From positions 17,300,001 through 17,364,000 of the forward strand of contig NC_086118.1 in NCBI RefSeq assembly GCF_963921235.1: a DNA stretch of 64,000 nucleotides, written 5' to 3'. Source of the DNA: Mobula hypostoma. Lineage: Eukaryota. Shown here in pieces: positions 49,791 through 62,205 of the stretch (the stretch's first letter is position 1; each line of letters opens with the position of its first letter). Below the pieces are notes generated by a model. It worked only from the letters and a program-made list of their open reading frames with translations, searched no databases and was not told the DNA's origin. The position numbers and the translations under genes are program-made.

Positions 49791-49854
49791 TTTATGCTTT
49801 GGAGTTACAAACATAACACTTATTACTGTAAGACTAATCACAGCTCCAATGCTT

Positions 49855-51060
49855 ATTTAAGTTTGCTGATGACACCACTGTTATTGGCCAAGTAAAAGGT
49901 GATGATGAATTATATAGGAAGGAGACTGAAAATCTGGCTGAGTAGTGCCATAACAACAACCTCTCTCAATGTCAACAACATCAAGGAGCTGATTATTGAT
50001 TGACTACAGGAGGAGGAAACCAGGGGTCCATGAACCAGTCCTCATTGAGGGATCAGAGGTGGAGGAGGTCAGCAACTTTAAATTCCTTGGCATAAAAATT
50101 TCAGTGGACCTGTTCTGGGCCAATCATGTAAGTGCAATTACAAAAAAAAACATGGCAGCACCTCTACTTCCTTAGAAGTTTGCAAAGAATTGGTATGACA
50201 TCTAAACCTTTGATCAGGGGTCCCCAACCTTTTTTGCACTGCGGACTGGTTTAATATTGACAATATTCTTGCAGACCAGCTGACGGGGGGAGGGGGGTGT
50301 TCAAGTAGAGTTGCCAACTTTCTCACTCCCAAATAAGGGACAAAAGTAGCAGTCAAATACGGAACACTTGTGTTTACCCCCGAGGAGAAAGACTCCCATG
50401 ACCATGAAGCCTTGAGCAGGCACTTGCGTGCGCATAAGTGACATGCGCATGCGTGTACGTGCTGATTTTTTTTCTACAAATCAGTTTTGGCTTAATCTTC
50501 CCAATTCTGTTAAGTGAAACTACACTGTACATACATTATTTCTACTTCATATAGGCTGTGTATTTATCATATCATTCCTGCTTTTACGATATGTTAATAT
50601 TATTTTAGATTTTATGTGCTATTTGTTATGATTTGCTAAGTTATTTTTTGGGTCTGGGAATGCTCAAAAATTTTTCCCATATAAATTAATGTAATTGCTT
50701 CTTCACTTTACGCCATTTCAGCTTACGAACGGTTTCAAAGAAATGCTCTACCTTAGCGGGGGAAATACGGGACAAGGTCATGAGGAAGGGAATGAGGAAA
50801 GGTGCAGCTGACTCATACCGTTTCATTTCGCCAAATCATATCATTTCCTCGTGGCTTGGTAGCACATGCTTTGCAGCCCAGTACCGGTCAACAGCCCGGT
50901 GGTTGGGGACCACTGCCATTGACAATCTTCTATAGGTGTGTGGTGGAGAGTATGTTGACTGGTTATATTATGGATTGGTATGGAAATACTGATGCCCTTG
51001 AATGGAAAATCCTACAAAAAGTAGCAGATACATCCCAGTTCATCACAGGTAAAGCCCTCT
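49855..51060 (+). mobile_element. Rex1/Babar-like LINE RT fragment, split by a hAT MITE
   Basis: aagtttgctgatgacaccact (KFADDTT, RT motif); resumes after the MITE as TIFYRCVVESMLTGYI. Confidence 0.8.
50215..50915. mobile_element. hAT-superfamily MITE (701 bp), composite
   Basis: TIRs CAGGGGTCCCCAACC / GGTTGGGGACCACTG; imperfect 8-bp TSD CCTTTGAT / CCATTGAC; an internal TAGAGTTGCCA end suggests a second nested hAT piece. Confidence 0.85.
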
Positions 51061-51333
51061 GCCTCCCTATTGGCATCCCGAACAGTGGTTGGCAAGCTGG
51101 TCGACCTGTTCGTCTATCCCAGGCCACCAGACAGAGCTTCGATCCAATGCTTTCATTTTGACCACACCTAGATGAGTGGCATATAGCTCCTCCTACACTT
51201 TAGCTCTCAGCTTGGATGTTATAGCAATCCCCACATAATGTAACCCATGTCAAGGGCAAGTTTGTGCTGGCACTGGAGTTTCTGCTGCACATCCCATCCA
51301 TTTTGGGTGGCCATGCAGACTTGAAACAGTCTG

Positions 51334-51761
51334 ACGGCATGAACATTGACTTCTCTTTCTTCTGCTAATGCCCCTCCTCCCCCTCGTACCCCATCCGTTA
51401 TTTATTTATATACACACATTCTTTCTCTCTCTCTCCTTTTTCTCCCTCTGTCCCTCTGACTATACCCCTTGCCCATCCTCTGGGTTTCCCCCCCGCCCCC
51501 TTTTCCTTCTCCCTGAGCCTCCTGTCCCATGATCCTCTCATATCCCTTTTGCCAATCACCTGTCCAGCTCTTGGCTCCATCTCTCCCCCTCCCACTTTCA
51601 AATCTTTTACTAGCTCTTCCTTCAGTTAGTCCTGATGAAGGGTCTCGGCCCGAAACATCGACTGTACCTCTTCCTAGAGATGCTGCCTGGCCTGTTGCGT
51701 TCACCAGCAACTTTGATGTGTGTTGCTTGAATTTCCAGCATCTGCAGAATTCCTCGTGTTT
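51334..51761 (+). mobile_element. Penelope-like element 3' terminal copy (young) with 8-bp TSD
   Basis: Highly similar to ~40285-40748; direct repeat ACAGTCTG at 51326-51333 and 51762-51769. Confidence 0.9.
51628..51663 (+). ncRNA. Minimal hammerhead ribozyme variant (ATC in place of GTC)
   Basis: AGTC-CTGATGA-A-GGG-TCTCGG-CCC-GAAA-C-ATC-GACT; the G>A change breaks the ACGT palindrome. Confidence 0.55.
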
Positions 51762-51774
51762 ACAGTCTGGGGTC

Positions 51775-54648
51775 TTTCCTGCTTTCCCTTTAGATCATCT
51801 CCGCCATAATAGAGAAACTTTCGATTGCATTGGGAAAAATACATCAAGAGCAATGTTTTCTGGTATTTCCTTTTTCAAGAACAAATGGGACAGTCCACCA
51901 GCTTTTCCATGATTAGTTGCTTTTGGATTCGATCTTGTAATTGAGTCTTCCCAGAAATGGAGCCCATCTCTGCATTTGTGCTGCTGCTGTTAGTGAAACA
52001 CCCTTCTGTAGTTTGAAAATGGACACCAGTGGTTGATGATCAATAATGATGGGAAACTATCCCTTGCAAGAGTTGAAACATTTTACACCCCAAACCAGTC
52101 TTAAGGGCTCTCTGTCAATCTGTGCATAATTTTAATCTGCAGCGGTAAGGGGACATGATGCAAAGGCTAAGGGTGTTTACTTCCATCGCTCATAACATGT
52201 GACACGTCTGCATCTATAGCATAAGGCAAGGTGTCACAGGCAGGCTTTGCTGGATGACGTGGATGGTATTGTGTGGGTACGGTGTGTGCCATCACCACTT
52301 CTTTGTCTTTTGCAGATCATAAAAATGGACCACAACTGTGACACCACTGCTTGAATTTTCTCAGCACACTTTATAATCACGTGTGTCAATGGTGTGCCCA
52401 CAGTAAGCGATACTTGGTTTGAAGGATTCACACGCGTTGTGTTGTGGCCTGGGCCCATAATTTTCTAATCTTTTTAACACTGTCTTGAGATTTTGGAGAT
52501 GTTATTCATCCTCCTCTCCAGTAACACTGCACACCTGAGCAGCATTGCAGCACCTGGTCCCTAACCTTCTGCTAGTGAGCAGGTGTAGCTGCTGCTCCAA
52601 AAATAGGCCTATTATAGTGATAAAGCCCTTTGTGAGAGTTTATGGTGAGAAACACTTTGGACCCTTCTTCCACCTCCATCTGTAGGTAATCCTCAGATAA
52701 GTCCACTTTACTGAAGGGTTTTCCTCCAAAGTGGTTTGCAAAGATCCATCCTCCATCCTGGGCAAAGGCTATTGATCTACTTTCAATACAGCATTGACAG
52801 TGACCTTGAGATGACCATAGACCACGACATACTCATTCTTTGTGACTGCTGGGAACGCTGGCATTGCCCATTGGCTCTGCTCAGGCTTGGAAAGAATTCC
52901 TTCAGCTACTATACCATCTAGCTCACCGGCTACGTTATCACAAATGGTATAAGGAACTGGATGGGCATTGTAAAACTTGGGTGTGGTATTTTCATTTACC
53001 ACCATTTTACACGTGATATGTTTGAGTTTTCCAATGCCATCCTTGAACACTACTGTGACATCATCCAGTGCATTTCTTAATTTGCTTCCAGTTGACTCTA
53101 TTGCAGGGGATCTGGCATACAATTGGTGGATGGTGGATGGTGGATGGATCTCTAAACAGGTTGTAGTTGTCTCAGCTATTCATGCCTCCACAATGCTGAC
53201 ACTCCTGTTTTTACCACAGAGAAGCCCATTGTGGCTTATTGATTGATCTATTCAACTGTTCTGAATGTCATTCCCACAGGAGTTCTCTCTTCTCCAGAAT
53301 TTGTTCTTAGTTGGATATCTGCAGGCTTCAGTGCAGTATCTTTCCATTTTAATTAATTTGTAGTTCACTTCTGATGTAAGCCATATTGTTTGTCTCTTGT
53401 TAGCTTTCATATTGTAGCTCTTAAGGCTACTCATTCCTATGCCATTCTCATCATCATCAGATTTTTCATCAGCAGCATGCAGATTAGTGCTCTTTTTGAA
53501 ACTGCAGCTTGTCCTTTTATTTTTTTCTCTCCCTGTGTAGTGCATTTATTTCTGTCTGCCTGACATGCTCTTTGTATGTGTCCTACTTTGTTGCATTTTC
53601 TGCATGATTTGCCCTTAAGTGTGCATTGGTGTGTTGTATGTGAGACGGTGCAACAATGGTAATACAATTTGTTCAGCCAGCCAGGTTTCTGCTTAGATGT
53701 TAAAATTTTGTTCCTTCTCACTTTCATTCCTGACTGCTGTTTCCATTGATACAATGATTTCAACTGCTCTTTTAGATGCAAGTTGTTCAGTTAGGAGCCT
53801 TTCTTGAATGCCTTCTTATAAGATTCCACAAACTAAATGATCAGTGCATCACTAAGCCCATCACTGAGTTTCAGTTCAGCGATGTAATCTGAAATGGACT
53901 GCCCTTCCTTTTGATTCTACTTATGAAACCTAAAGCATTCTGCAATCAACAACAGTTTTGGTTCTAAATGTTCCTGTATTACTTCCATGATATCAGCAAA
54001 GCTCATTCCAGCTGGTTTGGTTGGAACAGTCAAACTATAAGCAAACTCTAAGCTTTTCCGACTATTACACACATCAAAACTGACACTCGCTTTTGATTGG
54101 TTATTTGATTTGCTTCAAAATACTGCTTAATTCATTCAGTATACAGCACTATACTTCTGTGCAATCAAATGCTCCTATAATTTTTTAACCTTTATCACCC
54201 GGTATTCACTATTTATGAGCCTGTGAATTTCTTCCATTTTCTGTCTTTTTCAACTCAAATGTCTCTTTCTACCCTTCAGAAGAAGAAGAAAAAACATACT
54301 GCACCATTTTTTGACCTGAATGTTTTTCTCCTCACTTACAAAGAAAATTGTACTGAATTTCAACAAGTAGGTAATCAACTCTGGTTCATTTTAAACCTTC
54401 CTCATTGCTGCTGTTTTGTTTTGTAACTCCAAAGCATAAAAGTAATTGAAAGAAAAGAACGGAGCGAGGGATGACTTGTGTATGCTTCATTTTTACTGTG
54501 GTGAGGCATGCACTTAAGACATGGTGTCGAGGTGACATAGCTATTCATGTGCTTTGTAAGCATAACCCATAATGCATTATGTAAACAACAAAGCATGCTT
54601 CATCAAACAATATTTTTCAGATATTACTGAAGTATTAAATACACAACT
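51775..54648 (-). mobile_element. Decayed Ty3/Gypsy LTR retrotransposon (probable 5' LTR ~54415-54648, then gag, protease, RT and RNase H remnants)
   Basis: Gag zinc knuckle CRKCNKVGHIQRAC preceded by a degenerate knuckle (53437-53781); RT N-terminus PKFYNAHPVPY...ELD..VAEGIL...SQWA.P...K.TVN..LKVDQ (52769-53122); RNase H-like nYAQIDRE.L..VWGVK at ~52080-52130; many stops. Confidence 0.85.
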
Positions 54649-57600
54649 GCAAGTGTAAAGTGAGTAGAGCAGGGGTTTGATACACCAGTGCTGATGGAGA
54701 TTGTGGAAGAGATGTCACTGCCTTGAATAAAGCACTTAAAATCCGTAAAACTGAGCAACTTTTCTGATCCAAGTTCTTCTGAAATTGGAAATCTTTATGC
54801 AGATAGATATATTCGTTTTGTTGTTTCATAATACATGAAAGGCTTGTATCTGAAGATTGACTTTCCTCCAGAGTGGAACATGATTCTGACTGTTTCCAGT
54901 TCAAGTTCAATAATATAATGGGTCTCTTTTGGTTGTGGTTCTTCATAGTGCAGCTGAGGCGACTACTACAGGAACTACATGTGGGATGACATCATTTTTG
55001 TGGAAATTTAACCAAGTGAAAATGTGTGTAACCATTATCAAAAAGTCCCAGTAAAACTTGCACTAATCTTAATCCATGATATCCATGTTGATTGAATCTT
55101 GACACCCTCCAATGTACCACCCGAAACTCATATCTCCCTATCAATCTTGCGATGAGTTCAGACCACACATTTTTACTCCCCTTCCCAATTCCATACTTGG
55201 CAAATCCAATGTGCACTATCATCTGGCTCATTGTTTAAAATGTTTCGATAGCCTTAATTTGCTTGAGTTTTACTAGCTATATCTTCAGTTACAAGATACT
55301 TGAGTTATATTTAGAAATATTCAATAAACAGATTGGATACTTTTAGAATCCTTGCAACTTCAAAACTATGCAAAACTGTGCCGATTTTTACTTCACTCAA
55401 CAGAAGAAAATATAATCGCAAACATGAGGAAATCTGGTGTTTATAAATATAATTCCGCTTCTCTACAAGCAGCATTATAGTTATTTGAAATTGTGTTTGA
55501 AGAACACAATCAACTATAGTTGACAGAATGAAGATGTTTAACTGCTAAATACTTGGTTTTGATGATGAAAGAAATACACATTTTCACTTCTATGTAGCCT
55601 GACTGTACATGCCATCAACACATTCCAAAATGCCAACAGATTAATTTTAAAGTCTGCAGTAGTTACTGCTATTACTATCAACCAGCAGCTCATATGACTG
55701 CTGTAAGATTCTACAAATGGTAAGTGACATGAAAGTCCAATTAACTTTAAGTGTTGCTGGTGAAATATTAAACGCCTGCCATGATATTGGAAGAAATCTG
55801 CTGCTGTTCTTTGAAAAACTACCTCCAGATAGTCTGAGTATTTGCCCGTCAAAAGCTTAATTAATTATCTCACCTAAATCACATAATCTCTGACAAAGCA
55901 GCACTCCCGCTCAGTAGATTATGTGCTTGAGTTATGACTTGGAATTTGAACCCAATGCCACATTTTTGAAGGGTAGAGACAACTGACCCCTTTGCTACAT
56001 GCAAAGGCATCAACAAGCAGCATCGAAACAATGATATTTGTGAAATACGTGTTACTTCTGGATTTTACATTTAATTATCTTGTGCAAATCTGATAATCTA
56101 CAGAGAGTGAACAGCAAGTGCAAGTGGACTTCTTTGCAAGGATTAGAAGTGTATTTAAGTCAGATGAGCATTTGCCCATGGCCAGCTGGGCTCTTCCGTG
56201 TAACATTACATTATATCAATATGCTTCTAGTATGAGCCAGAGCATTGGTTTCAAAACATCTCTGAAACAAATGCAGCGTGGATTTATTAACGTTTGACAT
56301 TTCATAACCTGTGTAAGTAAAATTAATTACATAAATTGCCAGTACATTACCGATAACAGTAAAAGTGTCCTGATTGGATTTCTTAATTGATGGCATCATT
56401 CATATTATATTACTTACAAATTTGGCTTATTGAGTTTTTGGAAAATTCTTAGTATTACATGTACATCAGATTGATTTAGTAAATAAAGTTGAGCAATGTG
56501 GGGGAAACTTATTCAAAATAATGGAAAATTACTCGAGGTAAATTTAGATAATCATTTAATACTTGGAAATTTGGTTCCCATTAAGACCACTTAGAACTAA
56601 CAATACCTAAAGGATGACTTTCTAGAGATGGTTTAATGGATGAAATCATTTATAACATGGTAATGTGGAACAGTCTCCTGCAGCCTTCTGCTGGTACTGG
56701 AGACAGTGAGTTGACTAATTCCTATGATGATAGCCAACTGTTTTAAATCAGCTTGGTGTTAATCTGTTTTAGACTCCTTTTCCATTTTATAGAGAAGTTA
56801 TACTATACACATTTTTTAAGTCCGGGACCATTTTTGGAGTCTTGTAGCCTGTGCATTATACAGCTCACACAAGCCACTCTACAGTGAGGCAAAGCAGAGC
56901 AGAGGCATAAGGATTTAACAACATGCTCTGCTCACTGGCCTTAAAGAGCCTGTCTGTTTTTTTAAATTGGAAGAAGGCTCATAATAAGGCAAATTCACAC
57001 AAAAAAGTATATAAAACGCCAAAATCTAGCTTTGCTGTTCTAAGTACTTTGGAGTAATTCCAACATTCATTAAGTGAATGAAGTGTACCTTTGAGAAAAA
57101 CAGCATCATAAACATGCCAATGTTGTTTTAACTTTATATAGAGACAGAAACTTAAACTTATTTATTTGAATATTGCTTGGACCCTTAAAAATAATTTCTT
57201 AATGAGGACAACAATACAAAGGGTTATTTGCTTACCAAATAATAGTTACTATTCAGAAGCTTCTACTGAATAAGGAATAAAGGTACACCAAGTGCCTATA
57301 GAAAACATTCGGTCTAACACCATAAAGCCCCATAAAGAGTTATTGTGGAAAAAAAGCTGTTGGGAAGTAATGCAGAGGTCATTGGTAAAATGAACAGTCG
57401 CTTTAGGCTCCCCTGACAGTTGTTAGTAAAGTAATATCCCCTTCCAGTGTGTGTTAGCTCTTCAGTACTGTTGTTCTTGGCCTTGCACCAAAGCATGAAA
57501 GTATGAAAGTTGTCCAGTCATGGGGTAATGACTCTGTATTTTCGTTGTTCAACAGTCAATGTTAAGAGGACCTGAGCATGTTTTACAACAAGGAGGTCAA

Positions 57601-58339
57601 GATAATAAAAACACAACTAAAACCACTTTTCCTTCATTTTAAACATTACAAAGCCAAGTCAATATATTCATACAAATCAATAGATAAAGGCAGTTAACTT
57701 CCCTCAGCCTTATCTTATCATTTGTCACAGTTCTGCATGACCCAGAACACAGTGGCTAAATATAACATGGTGAACGGTTTGTAGCTACACTAGTAGTTTG
57801 CAAAATGCAATGGTATACTTTGTGGTATACTCAGAACATTCTGCTTTTAAAATGAAAATTGAAGTAATTGCTGATAAAATGCAATTATCTTCCAAAGCTT
57901 CAGATGAATTTGCAAAGAATTTAAAACTGAATTTTGGATTGGATTTTCCATAGAGTTTTCCTGGCTTTAAGAAAAACTATGTTAATTTTCCTTTGAGAAA
58001 TTAAAGTCAATTGCTGGTAAATAACTTGAACATTTGCTTCAGGGACAATGTCGTATTAAAATTGTTGGCTCATAGCTTTTGCTTCAGTTCTGTGGTCTAG
58101 GTCTGATACCAGTTCAGCGTCATGCACTCAAGATAATTATGGTCTCTGTCAAAGTAAGACTGACATCCTCAACTGAGCTTTTAATTGCTATTACATCATA
58201 TAGAGGAACCCTGAGGAATTTGCAACTAAACTTTCCGAGTACCAAACACCAGCAAAAGGGACCGTGAATGCACATCAATTATTTAATGAGGTCCTCAGAA
58301 TAGATTAATTGTGAAAAAGAAGACAGGAAATAAAACCAG

Positions 58340-58720
58340 GGGTAGAACAATAAAATCATGGCTGACCTTCAACTTCAGTGTATTTTACTGTATTAACCCT
58401 ATAACCTTCAATTCCCTCTGATTTCTAAAATCCATCAATCTCTTGAATTAGTCTGCAACTGGGACTCCACACCTCACGTGCATATATAATTCCAGAGATT
58501 CACACTCTTCCGGGTGAATAACTGTCTTCTCATCTGTCTTGAGCTGCCAGCCCTTTACTTTGAGACTGTAACCTCTGGTTCCAGACATCCTAGATAATAA
58601 AAACAAAACTAGATAGGATAAGCATTATCCTGAACCTTCCTTATCAAGTCTAAAAAAATTGTATACTTCAACGACATCACCTCTCAATATACTGAACTCA
58701 GGAACATTGGCTGAGAGTGT
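58340..58720 (-). mobile_element. Old CR1 3' fragment
   Basis: aattccagagattcacactcttccgggtgaa...tcttctcatctgtc...tttgagactgtaacctctggttccagac. Confidence 0.6.
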
Positions 58721-58729
58721 TTAATTTTT

Positions 58730-59200
58730 GCTCATAAAGCACTCAGAGTATTTTGTACTGTTCTGGTTGCCACACTACAGGAAGAATAAGGTATCAATAC
58801 AGAAAGAGAGGAAGAGAGTCACCAGGATGTTGCCTGGAATGGAGGTCTGTAGTTATGAAGAGAGAATAGTTTGGTTTATTCTCACTGGAATGTCAGAAGC
58901 TCTATCCTTTTTTTCGCCCAGAGTAAGGGGAGTCTGGAACTAGAGGGGAAAATACTTAAAGGAGTTCAGAAGGTAAGTTTTTCACACAAGGGGTGGTGAG
59001 TACCTGGAACAATCTGTCAGAGGATGTGGTGAAGAAAGATGAAATTACAATACTTAAAATACATTTGGACAGATGCTTGTCTAGGAAATACATAGAGGGT
59101 TATGGGCATAATTCGGCGAATTAATGTTGATAGGCATCACAGTCAGCATCTAAAATGTGGGCCGATGGAGCCAATTTCTGTCGTGTACTTTTCCATGATT
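58730..59200 (+). mobile_element. CR1 3' fragment
   Basis: ORF 58728-58943 HSEYFVLFWLPHYRK...RVTRMLPGME..SYEER; CR1-like terminus. Confidence 0.75.
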
Positions 59201-60591
59201 CAAAAACTTACCACAAATGTCTAATTAAATCAATTTCATGTGAACTTTATTTTGGCTCGGTGATTTTATACACCAATCCAGTTATTAATGGTATTCAGTG
59301 CTGAAACGAAGTGGTGCCAAGAAGAAAGACGTCTGCTCAAAGATTCTGATGGTATAAAATGCCAGACCGATGGTGCAGTGGGTGTCTTCCTGGAGGCACA
59401 GTGGAAGTAGGAGATGCCACTGAATTTGCCGATCCTACCACTAAAAGGACAACACACAAAGTGAAAGCGGACTAAGAAATTGAAGAATTGCGTTAAATGA
59501 GACAAAATAAATTGCGTACATAGGCCAATAAATCTGTACGAGGAATTCATATCAGAGGGAAATATCCAGATTAATACAGTTAATCAAAAATTTAAACAAG
59601 AAGTCACTATTTCAGTTTCAATTAAATAATAAGCTTTCAAATTACCATAGCAATATGATCCTTCATTCTAGAATGTTTTCTGTTTTGCATTATGGACTGT
59701 AATCTATAATAACAACTATTTTGCTTTCTCTGGAGACATGTTCTAAGGCAAATTACAAAATTGCTTTGGTTGTTAAATGATGTCTACAGATTACTGTGCA
59801 TGTATGAAAGCTTGCTTGGAAATACATTTTTGACAATAAAGCTCTGGTAGCTCCTGTCAGGACCTCATGCCACTGCATTAGCAATATTCAAACCAAATGC
59901 ATTTAAAAGATAGACTTCAGTTATTTTGGCATTCTTAGTAGTAAATATTTCTTGAGTTTCAGTTTGTTTATTGCACTGTAACCTTTGATATGAGTATACA
60001 CTAAAACTAGTTTGTTCTGGAATTGTACATGTAATTCCTCCATGATTGGTCACAATGAAAAGACTGCTTTGAGTGTTTTTATCCATATTGTCAATGAAAA
60101 TAAACGTCAATTGCTTCAGACATCAACTTAATCCAAACCCATTGGGCCAGCTTTTTCACACTGTTGCCAGCGATTCTGAATGAAACCACCAGTGATTTGT
60201 CAGTGATTTGCCAGTGAGCCTTGGATTTTCACCCACGTTGGTACTGAACACAGAAGTCCAGGTGAAATACTGGCATACTCCAAAAGTTTGGAGCAGGATC
60301 TGCAATCCCTTTGATGCCAATGGGCATCGTAGGACAAGAGAGAAGGTAATTAATTAAAATTGTTTTTCTTCAATTGTTTTTAAATATTTAAGAGATTTCA
60401 CTTTCTATCTGTTTTGTTCATTTTTAAAATAAAGAAATATTTATTTTTTAATTATCTTACTTCCATTTCAATACATTTTAAAGAGCTGACTGTCAGAAAC
60501 CTCTACAGTTGTTACAGCTGACAAATTTGGGCAGGGCTTTGCCATCTCTCGAATACTGACATGTTTTTTTTTATGAGCGGGGCTTTCTCAC

Positions 60592-60807
60592 CGTGCCACC
60601 TTGGGCTTTGGGCACTGTCGCCTTTGGGAACACATCACTGACATGAGGCAATGAATGCACTGAGAAACTAGTCTGAGATGATGGGGGCCGACAAACGTAT
60701 CCCTCCATATCTGGATCAGGAAAACTTGAATGCGATCGAAATGCATGTAATGATTCTGGGGGTGGCATCATGCAAGCAAGGTCCATTTTATAAGAAAACT
60801 TTTGGAT
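60592..60807 (-). CDS. Candidate 216-nt coding exon of an unidentified gene (IQKFSYKMDLACMMPPPESLHAFRSHSSFPDPDMEGYVCRPPSSQTSFSVHSLPHVSDVFPKATVPKAQGGT)
   Basis: Acceptor tttatactgcag| and donor ACG|gtgaga; only phase 0 is open; higher GC and CpG than its AT-rich flanks; no homology recognised. Confidence 0.3.
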
Positions 60808-61636
60808 CTGCAGTATAAATATACATCGTAACAAATCCTTACCTCCTTCGATCTATTGTGTTGAATAGTTTACTCATTAACTTTACTTATTCACAATCTA
60901 ATATTCTATATTAATACACCCAGAAAAGTTAAATATAGCAAAAAAATAGCAACTAAGTTGAAAACACCATGGCATTTTCACGATGAAGCTCCATAAAAGC
61001 AATATTAAACCAAAAATAACATGACATTACAACTGCCACTACACTTTATTCTTAGCGTACTGAAAATTATCTTTATGGATGAATTGTTACTGTTAAGAAG
61101 GCTGCTATCTTTATTCAAGTTAAAAATGAAAGAATATACTGTAACAATAGAAAGGGATATCCATCAAAGCAGCCTGTTATGTATACTGGGCAGATCACCC
61201 AGAAAATTTGTTTCCATTGAATATGAACCAGATGCAGGTTGTGAACTCAGGTGTAATTATAATGAAGGTTGCATATATAAGAAAGATGAAGAAGAGCTGT
61301 TGATCCCAATGTATGCCAAGTTTATGAATAGATGCCAAGTGCTAATGGAGGGTTAGTAGAACTGAATTGCTTATAAAGTCTTAGTCAGCCATAAGCTCTG
61401 CTCATCTTTCTAACACTCCTCCGGGCCCTAGTGCACATAATGCAGTTTCAAATCTATCAAACTCGGCAATATGTTTAGAAAGGCAATTTTAATAATCAGC
61501 ACAAACATTAATTTATAATATTTAAAATTGCAAATTATTATTTAACGAGCTTATTCTCCAAAACTGGCAGCTACTGAGAAATATTTCCCTTAACAGTTCC
61601 ATTGAACATGTTATGTAGTCACTTGCGTGTGATATA

Positions 61637-62205
61637 CACTCAATGGCCACTTTACTGGTTACACCTGTATACGTTCAAATATCTAATCAGCCAATCATGT
61701 GGCAGCAACTCAATGCATAAAAGCATGTGACATGGTCAAGGCGTCCATTTTGTTGTTCAGGCCAAACGTCAGATTGGGGAAGAAGTATGATCTAAGTGAC
61801 TTTGACCATAGAGTGATGTTGCTGAGTATCTCAGAAACAGCTGATCTCATGGGATTTTCATGCACAACAGCCTCTAGAGTTTACAGAGAATGGTGCGAGA
61901 AACAAAAGACACGCAGTGAGCAAAGCACACAAGATGCTGGAGGAACTCAGCACAGTTCTGTGGGGTCAAAATGCCTTGTCAATGGGAGAGGTCAGAGGAG
62001 AATGGCCAGACTGTTTCAAGCTGACCGGAAGGTGACAGTAACTCCAAGAACCATGTGTCACAACAGCGGAATGCAGAAGAGCATCTCTGAATGCACTACA
62101 TGTCAAACCTTGAAGTGAATGGGCTATAGTAGCGGAAGACTATGAACATGCTTAGTGGCTACTTTATTAGGTACAGGAGGTAACTAGAAACATGTCCACT
62201 GAGTG
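61637..62205 (+). mobile_element. Internally deleted Tc1-like transposon (TA-flanked)
   Basis: TIR CACTCA(A/G)TGG(C/A)CA at both ends with TA (61635-36, 62206-07); ORF 61699-62118 GKKYDLSDFD...SISETADLMGFS.TT.SRVYREW...RGQRRMARLFQADRK (paired-like HTH); no DDE domain. Confidence 0.85.

Noticed and set aside
61021..61356. 111-aa plus-strand ORF
   Set aside because: AT-rich, with no recognisable domain or convincing splice context
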